Of a DNA stretch of 64,000 nt, positions 1 through 8,133 are shown piece by piece. The notes under the pieces are model-generated. The model saw only the letters and a list, made by a program, of their open reading frames with translations. It ran no database searches and had not been told where the DNA came from. A program made the position numbers and the translations under genes. Positions within the stretch are counted from its first letter, which is position 1. The number at the start of each line of letters is the position of its first letter. The stretch is from Pectinatus sp. (lineage in GTDB: Bacteria > Bacillota > Negativicutes > Selenomonadales > Selenomonadaceae). The DNA is taken from the NCBI GenBank assembly GCA_020025135.1, contig JAHHSQ010000001.1, positions 179 through 64,178 of the forward strand. Direction: 5' to 3'.

Positions 1-686
1 GCTGGAGAAATACCATTTCCTTCATTGCCGAGAATGATTCCCAGAGGTAGATTAAATTTACTTTGATAGAGAGAAATACTCTGCTTAGATAATACGCCGG
101 CGTAGAAACAAAGCGAGTATTGTTCCTTAAGGGAAGTTAGTTGCTTGACAGTTACTTTCTCGACAATAGGGAGGTGAAAAAGCGAACCCATGGTCGCGCG
201 AATTGTTTTTTCGGTAAAAATATCTGCTGTCCCTGTTAAGGCAATGATGCCAGAAAAACCAGCGGCATCAGCAGTACGAATAATGGTTCCTACATTTCCA
301 GGGTCTTGTATGGCATCTAAGATGAGAAGTTTCGGTGGCTGTTTCGTTTGCTCTAAGGAATGGCAAAAATTTTCCCAAGATATGGGCGGTTTTTGGATAG
401 TAGCAATCACGCCAGCTGGTGTAGCAGTATCAGCTAATTTTTTTATCTGCTCATCTTCTAAGGAATAGCAAGGAATAGAATTTGCTGTTAATTTTTGTGC
501 GAAATTCGAATAGCGTTCGTTTTGGAGAGCTGGTTTAGTAAAAAAACAATTTTTGATTTGTGAAGTGGGGACCATTTCCAGAGTGCGAATACCTTCTACT
601 AAAAAGGTATGATAAATTTCACGAAATTTCTTTTGTTTAAGGGAAAGGGTTTTTTTTAAGAGAGCTTTACTTATTGTAGGTAACAA
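1..686 (-). CDS. TrmH/SpoU-family RNA 2'-O-methyltransferase (3' end lies outside the window)
   Basis: My translation of the minus strand gives LPTISKALLKKTLSLKQKKFREIYHTFLVEGIRTLE...LDAIQDPGNVGTIIRTADAAGF...LGNEGNGIS, which contains SpoU methylase motifs. Probable TTG start at 686. The + strand ORF 190..468 is antisense noise. Confidence 0.75.
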   Translation of the reverse strand, partial: MLPTISKALLKKTLSLKQKKFREIYHTFLVEGIRTLEMVPTSQIKNCFFTKPALQNERYSNFAQKLTANSIPCYSLEDEQIKKLADTATPAGVIATIQKPPISWENFCHSLEQTKQPPKLLILDAIQDPGNVGTIIRTADAAGFSGIIALTGTADIFTEKTIRATMGSLFHLPIVEKVTVKQLTSLKEQYSLCFYAGVLSKQSISLYQSKFNLPLGIILGNEGNGISP

Positions 687-709
687 AAAATCACCGCTTT
701 CTATTTATA

Positions 710-1294
710 TTAGAGGGGAGAGAGCATTTTTAGGGCTGTTTTTATGATTTGGGCAGTATCAGAAGTGTCTGTTATTTTAGCGAGAGTAGCTTGTATTTCA
801 TTTTGTGAATAGCCGTAAAATAATAATGCTTCTTTGGCGTCATTTAAATTATTAGTGATTGGTTGAACAGGTTTATCCGGCGAAGGGCAAATAATATCTG
901 GCAATTTGTCTTTTAGCTCCAAAGCGATGCGTTGCGCAATTTTTTTCCCAATTCCTGGTACGGAAGAGAGTATTTTGATATTTTGACTTTGGATGGCTTG
1001 TATCAGTGGCTCATATTGCAAATGAGAAAGAAGCTTTAGAGCAGCTTTCGGGCCAATTCCATTTACGGTGAGCAGTTGGCAGAATAAATCGTTTTCATCC
1101 GAATTGGCAAAGCCATAGAGGACAAGGGCATCTTCGCGGACATCTAAGTAGGTATAAATGGTAACATTTTGTCCCAGTGTCAACTGTGCTGCCAATGTTT
1201 CCGTAATAGTGAGGCGATAGCCGACACCATGGACATTTAAAAAGCAGGTGTTGGGAAAGAGCGCTTCGACAGTACCTTGTAAAAAAGCAATCAT
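710..1294 (-). CDS. ruvA: Holliday junction DNA helicase subunit RuvA
   Basis: MIAFLQGTVEALFPNTCFLNVHGVGYRL...GIGPKAALKLLS...VPGIGKKIAQRIALELKDK has the typical RuvA OB fold, HhH motifs and domain III. The first 64 codons of tracked ORF 710..1486 have no RuvA similarity, so I place the start at the internal Met (1294). Confidence 0.9.
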   Translation of the reverse strand: MIAFLQGTVEALFPNTCFLNVHGVGYRLTITETLAAQLTLGQNVTIYTYLDVREDALVLYGFANSDENDLFCQLLTVNGIGPKAALKLLSHLQYEPLIQAIQSQNIKILSSVPGIGKKIAQRIALELKDKLPDIICPSPDKPVQPITNNLNDAKEALLFYGYSQNEIQATLAKITDTSDTAQIIKTALKMLSPL

Positions 1295-1885
1295 GATAGT
1301 TTTACTACTCAAAATATAGTCAAAGTATCCGTAGAGAAAAATTTTATTTTTGTTATCATTTTGCTTTATAAGTACCCGCGATGAGTGTAATGACCAAAGA
1401 AATAAATCGCTTATTGACCAATAATGATTTTTACTTTTTACCATCGTGGGGCATTTCATATTTTTAGATGCGTATTCGCAGGGCATTTTCTATTGATAGT
1501 AAGCTATAAATATATTTATAGTTTAAATTTTTCTCAGATATTTGAGGTGTCTGTGCTTATTTTATCGTGGTAAAATTTGCGTAATATTTAACTATTAGAT
1601 GACATTTTAATTTATAGTCGAAGAACTGGATTATCGGTCAATCTCTTTCACGCTAATATTATTAAGTATTTGACACATCATTTATGCCGCGTATGTTGCG
1701 ATTATGGATATTTTGACGAGTAGTCCCTCCTTTTTGGTTTATTTTTAATAAGAGCGAAAAAAATATTTGTGACTTCATTCAGGGATGTTCTTTTTGCTAT
1801 ATTATTAGGTATATTGGGAAACTAGTATGTAGACATCAATTAAGTTATGCAATTAAATTTGGTAAAACAAGGGCTAGAAATGGCC

Positions 1886-2374
1886 TCATCTTCCCCCAAA
1901 ATTGTTGTTGGTTAGATGCGTGGCGCAAATGGCGATGGCTAGAGCATCGGCAGTATCATCTGGTTTGGGTGGTGCTGGTAAATGTAGTAATTTGGTGACC
2001 ATATAGATTACTTGCTCTTTGGAAGCTTTTCCGTAACCGACGACAGTTTGTTTGACTTGTAAGGGGGTTCTTTCTATTAGAGGAATATTATTTTGGGCGG
2101 CCGTTAATAGGATAACACCACGTGCTTGTCCCACTGGAATAGCCGTAGTGACATTGCGATTAAAAAATAGTTGCTCTACGCCCATGACATCTGGCTTATA
2201 TTCTTTGATGAGGGCAGTTAATTCAGTATGTATTTTCAATAAACGGTCTTCAGGTCGAGCTTTCGAACTAGTCAGGATAGAACCATAGTGGATGGCTCTT
2301 AGGTGAGAACTTTGTAATTCCACTAGACCAAAACCGCAGATAGCTGTGCCAGGGTCGATTCCTAAGGCTAAGAT
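1886..2374 (-). CDS. ruvC: Crossover junction endodeoxyribonuclease RuvC (start codon uncertain)
   Basis: The tracked ORF starts at an internal GTG (2323). The in-frame upstream sequence encodes ...FILALGIDPGTAICGFGLV, the catalytic RuvC N-terminus. There is no ATG/GTG/TTG in that frame. ATC at 2374 sits 9 nt after an AGGA. Confidence 0.8.
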   Translation of the reverse strand: MLALGIDPGTAICGFGLVELQSSHLRAIHYGSILTSSKARPEDRLLKIHTELTALIKEYKPDVMGVEQLFFNRNVTTAIPVGQARGVILLTAAQNNIPLIERTPLQVKQTVVGYGKASKEQVIYMVTKLLHLPAPPKPDDTADALAIAICATHLTNNNFGGR

Positions 2375-2504
2375 AAAATCACGTCCTAACTTGAATAATT
2401 TTTAGGTATTAGGCTTATATAAAATTAATGTAATTACATGATAACAAGAAAAGTTATCGAACTCAATTAAATAAAGTGGAAGATTGCAAGCTTTTAGATA
2501 GACA

Positions 2505-2535
2505 ATGGCACCCCTTACAGGACGAGGGGTGCCAT
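2505..2535 (-). terminator. Hairpin directly downstream of yebC
   Basis: 11-bp stem atggcacccct/aggggtgccat with a 9-nt loop, 6 nt after the yebC stop. There is no clear U-run on the minus strand. Confidence 0.4.
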
Positions 2536-2540
2536 TTATT

Positions 2541-3269
2541 TTATTCAGCAACTTCAAAATTCGTGTAGACGTTTTGAACATCATCGTGTTCTTCCAAACA
2601 ATCTAAAAGGTTTTGCATGGTGGTAGCATCTTTGCCTTCTAACTTCATCATCGTGTCTGGCAACATGGTGACTTCGGCTTCTTCTGTTTGGATGTTGTTT
2701 TGTTCGAGCACTTCCGAGATAGCATCAAATTTGTCGGGGCTAGCGATGATTTCGAAATAACTTTCGTCTTCCTTGAAATCATCGGCGCCAGCATCGAGAG
2801 CTAGCATCATCAAATTATCACCATCATTATAGGTTTCTTTGTCTACTACAAAGTAAGCTGTTTGTTTAAACATCCAGTTAACACAGCCTGTTTCACCGAG
2901 ATTTCCACCGTGTTTGGAAAAGATATGGCGAATTTCAGCAGCAGTGCGATTCCGGTTATCGGTCATGATATCTATCATAACGGCGCAACCACCAGGACCA
3001 TATCCTTCATAGCGCAATTCTTCATAAGAGCTACCTTCAGTTGCTCCTAAGCCTTTTTGAATAGCTCTTTGGATATTGTCCTTAGGGATATTGTTAGCTT
3101 TAGCTTTAGAAAGAGCTAATTTTAGACGCATATTGCCGATAGGGTCGCTACCACCTAAGCGGACAGCAACAGTAATTTCGCGACCGATTTTTGTAGCAAT
3201 TTTACCACGAATAGCATCGTTAGCTCCTTTTTTTCTCTTTATGTTGGCCCATTTAGAATGTCCTGACAT
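2541..3269 (-). CDS. yebC: YebC/PmpR-family DNA-binding transcriptional regulator
   Basis: MSGHSKWANIKRKKGANDAIRGKIATKIGREI... is the canonical YebC N-terminus. Start taken at the MSGHSKW Met. Confidence 0.9.
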   Translation of the reverse strand: MSGHSKWANIKRKKGANDAIRGKIATKIGREITVAVRLGGSDPIGNMRLKLALSKAKANNIPKDNIQRAIQKGLGATEGSSYEELRYEGYGPGGCAVMIDIMTDNRNRTAAEIRHIFSKHGGNLGETGCVNWMFKQTAYFVVDKETYNDGDNLMMLALDAGADDFKEDESYFEIIASPDKFDAISEVLEQNNIQTEEAEVTMLPDTMMKLEGKDATTMQNLLDCLEEHDDVQNVYTNFEVAE

Positions 3270-3314
3270 ATGCAACACCTCTTAAATAATTTGTTTATAG
3301 TTTATAAAATACAA

Positions 3315-5450
3315 TTACATTCCCTTATCGTTTTGTTCACCAGGTTTTGGTTGAACTGCCGGAGGACTATTAGGTACGGCCGGTTGTTCGTGTTGAGAAT
3401 GTTTATGTGTATTACTGGAAGAAGAATTAGGAGAATTAGAATCTTCTGGTTTGGTGCTTTTTTTATCGCCGTTTTTAACATCCGTTTTATCTGCCTTGGC
3501 GGATTTATCCTTATCTTGGTTGGTGGCGTTATCTTTATCGTAAACGCTAGTAACATTTGTGACAGTATTTCCGCTATTATTTACGGCCACACCAGAGAAG
3601 TTGGCGACCGGTGTATTGGCGAGTGCTTTTATCATGAAGTTATGCCATATTTTAGCTGGGACAGTGCCACCGTATATACCAGGCATTGGCATATTATCAT
3701 CTCCCCCCACCCAAACGGCAGTTACCAAATTCGGTGTGTAACCGATAAACCAGGCATTTTCAAAGTCATCTGTGGTACCAGTCTTGCCAGCGGCAGGACG
3801 GCCAATATTGGCTCTTCTACCTGTACCGTATTTGATGACGTCTTGTAGAATGTTAGTTACCAGATTAGCACTACGCGGAGAAATAGCCTGTACCTTTTGT
3901 GGCTGAGCTTCGTCAATGACCTGACCATTGCGGTCAAGTACTCTTATTATAGCTATCGGTTTAATATACACGCCATTGTTATCGAAGGCGGCATAAGCGG
4001 CTGCCATATCTATCGGGGTGACACCACGTGTTAAACCACCGAGTGCAGAGGCGAGGTTTAAATCGTTACTATCTCCCTGCATGACTAAGGTACTGATTCC
4101 TAAGCTCTGAGCAGTAGATAAAACATTTTGGATGCCGAGAGAGTTAGCTAATTTTATAGTTGGTACATTTATAGAATAAGTGGCAATTTGTCGAATGCTG
4201 ACTAAGCCGCGGAATGTTCGGTCATCATTTTGTGGTTGCCAATCACCGATTTTCAGCGGACTATCTTCAACAGTCGTACTAGGAGTCATGTTATTTTCAA
4301 AGGTAGTGGCAAAGACAAAAGGTTTAAAAGCAGAACCAGGTTGCCGTACGGCCATGATGGCACGATTAAATTGGTCATTACCTCTTCCGCCAATCATTGC
4401 TTCTATATAGCCATTGTGTGGGTTGATAGCGACTAATGCAACTTGGGGTTGTTCGAGGCCGGCGCTGTTTCTTTTTAAGTTAGGTAAAGCTTTGATAGCT
4501 TGTTCAGCGTCGTGCTGTTTATTCAAATCTAGTGTAGTATAAATTTTTAAACCTTCGCGGTAAACTTTATCAGCACCATATTTATCAATCATTAGTTGAA
4601 TAACATAGTTGACAAAATACGATGTAGAATTATCTACATGTGCTTTGCGCGAGCGCAGATGTAAAGGTTCATTATTAGCTTGAATAAATTGGTCTTGGGT
4701 AATGTAGTTGTGTTTGAGCATTTGCTCTAAAACGACTGTTTTTCTCTTTTTGGCTGCTTCTAAATTGTTTAACGGAGAATAATAATTTGGACTGCGCGGA
4801 ATACCTGCTAGCATGGCACATTCTGATAAATCTAGTTCAGATACATCTTTGCCGAAATAAGTTTGGGCAGCAGCTTGTACACCGTAAGCACCTTGCCCGA
4901 AATAGATTTGGTTGAGATACATCTGTAAAATTTCTTTTTTGGTATAACGATGTTCTAATTGTAGAGCTAAAAATACTTCTTGTATTTTGCGTTTAAATGT
5001 TCTGTCTTGTGTCAAATAAGCATTTTTAGCTAATTGTTGAGTAATAGTGCTACCACCTTCAGAGATGCTGCGGTGGGTAATATCTGCCCATAAGGCACGT
5101 AAAATGCCAATTGGGTCAATTCCACAGTGTTCATAAAAGCGGGTATCTTCATTGGCAATGAAGGCGTTTTGTAGATTTATCGGAATTTTTGATAAAGGGA
5201 CGGGCACGCGATTTTCTACGGCATGGACATTCTTTATCAATTTGCCATTGATATCGTAGATTTGTGAAGATGCTGCTGGTTGGATGGCCGAGAGGTCATC
5301 CTTAGTGTTGATAGTGGCGGTCAGAAATCCACAACCGACGCCGACGAGCATGACGACAAAGACAACTGAAGCGACTAGAAAAATTTTTGACCAAGAATGC
5401 TTAGGTTTAGGGCCACGTCGCTGCTGAGGTGCCTGTGTACCGGTGTTCAT
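3315..5450 (-). CDS. Class A penicillin-binding protein (PBP1A-type transglycosylase/transpeptidase)
   Basis: GT51 motifs (AFIANEDTRFYEHCGIDP, GGSTITQQLAKN) and transpeptidase motifs (SAFKP, KTGTT). N-terminal TM segment and a low-complexity Ser/Asn/Lys/Pro tail. GGAGG RBS precedes the ATG at 5450. Confidence 0.9.
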   Translation of the reverse strand: MNTGTQAPQQRRGPKPKHSWSKIFLVASVVFVVMLVGVGCGFLTATINTKDDLSAIQPAASSQIYDINGKLIKNVHAVENRVPVPLSKIPINLQNAFIANEDTRFYEHCGIDPIGILRALWADITHRSISEGGSTITQQLAKNAYLTQDRTFKRKIQEVFLALQLEHRYTKKEILQMYLNQIYFGQGAYGVQAAAQTYFGKDVSELDLSECAMLAGIPRSPNYYSPLNNLEAAKKRKTVVLEQMLKHNYITQDQFIQANNEPLHLRSRKAHVDNSTSYFVNYVIQLMIDKYGADKVYREGLKIYTTLDLNKQHDAEQAIKALPNLKRNSAGLEQPQVALVAINPHNGYIEAMIGGRGNDQFNRAIMAVRQPGSAFKPFVFATTFENNMTPSTTVEDSPLKIGDWQPQNDDRTFRGLVSIRQIATYSINVPTIKLANSLGIQNVLSTAQSLGISTLVMQGDSNDLNLASALGGLTRGVTPIDMAAAYAAFDNNGVYIKPIAIIRVLDRNGQVIDEAQPQKVQAISPRSANLVTNILQDVIKYGTGRRANIGRPAAGKTGTTDDFENAWFIGYTPNLVTAVWVGGDDNMPMPGIYGGTVPAKIWHNFMIKALANTPVANFSGVAVNNSGNTVTNVTSVYDKDNATNQDKDKSAKADKTDVKNGDKKSTKPEDSNSPNSSSSNTHKHSQHEQPAVPNSPPAVQPKPGEQNDKGM

Positions 5451-5745
5451 GAAAACCTCCAATATTTTTTAAGTTAAGTTTTATACAAATTTATAACACT
5501 ATGTCATTATACAACAAAAATTGTATTTGCATAGAACCAAGTTGAAAATGGTTCATTTCTATGCAATCTATTCATAGTTATAAAGATTATCTTTAAAGGA
5601 TTAATGCTATTTGGAGATATTGATTTTCGCGTTGCTAAAATTGTATTTGTGTGTTAATTATCAATTTATATCTATTATATTGTATTCATATCTTTAAAAG
5701 CAATAAGCACTTATTGGGCGTAAATTCAATATAAAGAATAGATAT

Positions 5746-8115
5746 TTAGCCACGTAATGTGACGACAGTGGCCCCAGAACCTCCCTCGTTATTAGGAGCT
5801 AATTGGAAATTTTCTACGTGCTTATTGTTAGCAAGGAATTCTTGGATACCTTTGCGTAGAGCCCCTGTTCCTTTACCGTGAATGACGATTACCTGTTTAA
5901 GTCCGGCTAGTATGGCATCATCTAGGTATTTGTCTAGGATAATTTCAGCCTCGTTGACGAGAAGACCGCGGATGTCTAATTCACGCTTTATTGTGACATT
6001 CTTCTGCACAGAAGCGTAGTGGACAGTGGAATGGGAAACTTCTTTGGGGGCAGATTTTGCGGGGCTTATAAAGAGGCACGCCTTGGGTTTTACTGTTGTT
6101 TTCAGGCTACCTAATTGTACGACAATTTCGCGGTCATGAATTTCTACTACATTGCCAGTTTGTTGTAAATTTTTGACTAAAATGATGTCGCCGACATGGA
6201 GTTTTTTCATATCTATTGGTACTCCATTAGGCACTTCTATGGAAGATTCGGCAGGTAAATTTTGGTAAGCTTGGCCGAGTAGTTGTCTAGCTTCGGCAAT
6301 AGCTTGCTGTCGTTTGTGTGAATTTGTTTCATTGAATTGCGCTTTGAGAGTCTTGATAATAGACTCTGCTTCGCGTTTGGCGTTACGTAAAAGGTGGGCG
6401 CAATCCTCTCTTGTTTTTTGGAGAGATTTTTGTCTGTTGTTTTTAAAATTATGTTCTTCGTGGAGGAATTTTTGCTTAGCTAGGCGTAGGTGGTATTCCT
6501 TTTCGCTTAATTGCCGATTTTTTTGTTCATAAGCTAGTTTTTCAGCTTCTAACGTGTTCAAAATTTCTGAGAAATCACTTTGATTTTCAGTTACTAATTC
6601 CTTGGCTCGAGAAATAATTTTTTCACTTAATCCTAGGCGGGAGCTGATGGTAAAAGCATTACTAGCACCTGGAATGCCGATAATAAGGCGATAAGTAGGT
6701 CGCAGTGTCTTTATGTCAAATTCTACGCAGGCATTTTCAATATTGGGGTGTGTGTAGGCAAATGTCTTTAATTCATTATAATGGGTAGTGGCTACAATAG
6801 AGGCATTTACCGAAATGAGCTGCTCTAAAATGGCCATGGCCAAAGCTGCACCTTCTTGAGGGTCAGTGCCAGAGCCCAGCTCATCGAGGAGGATGAGGTC
6901 ATCTTTTTGGGCAGCATCAATGATATTGATGATATGGCACATATGCGCAGAGAAGGTACTTAAACTTTGTTCTATGCTTTGCTCATCGCCAATATCGGCA
7001 AAAATATTTCGGTATACGGCCAACTCAGAATCAACGTTGGCGGGGATAAAAAGACCTGATTGAGCCATTAAAACAACCAGACCCAATGTTTTAAGGGTAA
7101 CAGTTTTACCGCCGGTATTAGGTCCTGTAATCAGTAAGGTGCGATAGCCTTTACCTAATTTGATATCTACTGGGACAGTAGTTTGTTCTTCCATCAAGGG
7201 ATGGCGCACCTTTTTTAAGTCAGTGCTACCTTGCTGATTCATCGTTGGGCGAGTAGCGTGCATTGCTTTAGCTAATTTGGCACGGGAGATAATAAAGTCT
7301 AAAGTGCCAGCTAGCTGATAATTGCCTTTTAGTGTTTCCGCTTCGCGCGCTACTTTAGCGGAAATAACTTGTAAAATGCGCGCGATTTCTCGCTTTTCAC
7401 TTAATTGACATTGTCGAATATCGTTATTTAAATCAGTGACGGCGAGAGGCTCTATAAAAAGAGTAGACCCACTGGCAGATTGGTCATGAATGATACCTGG
7501 AAAAGCATGGCGATATTCTTGTTTTACGGGAATTACATAGCGGTCGGCGCGGATAGTGACGATATTTTCCTGAAAATATTTTTGCATTTCGTTATTGTGT
7601 AAAATATTGTCGAGAACACTTTTTAGGCGCATTTGAGAATGCTTAATTTCATGGCGAAGTCGGTTTAATTCTACACTGGCAGTATTACGGATAGCGCCAT
7701 ACTCATCAATGATGTTGTTGATAGCATTTTCTAAATTACCGAGAATTTCTAATTGACTGCTATATGTCTTTAAAAGTGGGGCTGGCATTGGCAGGTCACG
7801 GAAAAAATGTTTTAATTGGCGAAAACCGTAGAGTGTGTGTTGTAATTGTGATAATTCTTCCTCTTTTAAACTGTGTCCAATTTGCACCCTTTTGAGAAGG
7901 GGCCGGATATCGTAAATACCGCCAAAAGGAGGGGTTTTTTCTTCTAAAACAGCATAAGCCTCTGCGGTTTCACTTAAATTTTGTTCAATGTAAGCAAAAT
8001 CATCGCTTGGAGATAAAGATGAAGCTAGTTCCTTGCCACAGACCGTACTTGTTTGTGCACACAAAAGTTGGACTATATTTTGGTATTGAAGAATTCTTAA
8101 ACTGGTTTTTTCCAT
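5746..8115 (-). CDS. mutS2: Endonuclease MutS2 (MutS domain V plus C-terminal Smr domain)
   Basis: Walker A GPNTGGKTVTLKT, DELGSGTDPQEG, and a C-terminal Smr domain (ELDIRGLLVNEA...IHGKGTGALRKGI). Confidence 0.9.
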   Translation of the reverse strand: MEKTSLRILQYQNIVQLLCAQTSTVCGKELASSLSPSDDFAYIEQNLSETAEAYAVLEEKTPPFGGIYDIRPLLKRVQIGHSLKEEELSQLQHTLYGFRQLKHFFRDLPMPAPLLKTYSSQLEILGNLENAINNIIDEYGAIRNTASVELNRLRHEIKHSQMRLKSVLDNILHNNEMQKYFQENIVTIRADRYVIPVKQEYRHAFPGIIHDQSASGSTLFIEPLAVTDLNNDIRQCQLSEKREIARILQVISAKVAREAETLKGNYQLAGTLDFIISRAKLAKAMHATRPTMNQQGSTDLKKVRHPLMEEQTTVPVDIKLGKGYRTLLITGPNTGGKTVTLKTLGLVVLMAQSGLFIPANVDSELAVYRNIFADIGDEQSIEQSLSTFSAHMCHIINIIDAAQKDDLILLDELGSGTDPQEGAALAMAILEQLISVNASIVATTHYNELKTFAYTHPNIENACVEFDIKTLRPTYRLIIGIPGASNAFTISSRLGLSEKIISRAKELVTENQSDFSEILNTLEAEKLAYEQKNRQLSEKEYHLRLAKQKFLHEEHNFKNNRQKSLQKTREDCAHLLRNAKREAESIIKTLKAQFNETNSHKRQQAIAEARQLLGQAYQNLPAESSIEVPNGVPIDMKKLHVGDIILVKNLQQTGNVVEIHDREIVVQLGSLKTTVKPKACLFISPAKSAPKEVSHSTVHYASVQKNVTIKRELDIRGLLVNEAEIILDKYLDDAILAGLKQVIVIHGKGTGALRKGIQEFLANNKHVENFQLAPNNEGGSGATVVTLRG

Positions 8116-8133
8116 GAAACTGCCCTCTTTGTT

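Noticed and set aside
710-1486. The 258-aa tracked ORF suggests an N-terminally extended RuvA.
   Set aside because: The first 64 codons are AT-rich, have no similarity to RuvA and have no RBS. Canonical RuvA begins at MIAFLQG (1294).
3270-3848. Numerous + or - strand ORFs are nested antisense in known genes (e.g. 190..468, 3270..3848, 15991..16356, 19267..19877, 27926..28288, 44896..45369, 58916..59335, 61376..61804).
   Set aside because: Each overlaps a well-supported conserved gene on the opposite strand. Their composition is low-complexity or biased, and none has a recognisable domain.
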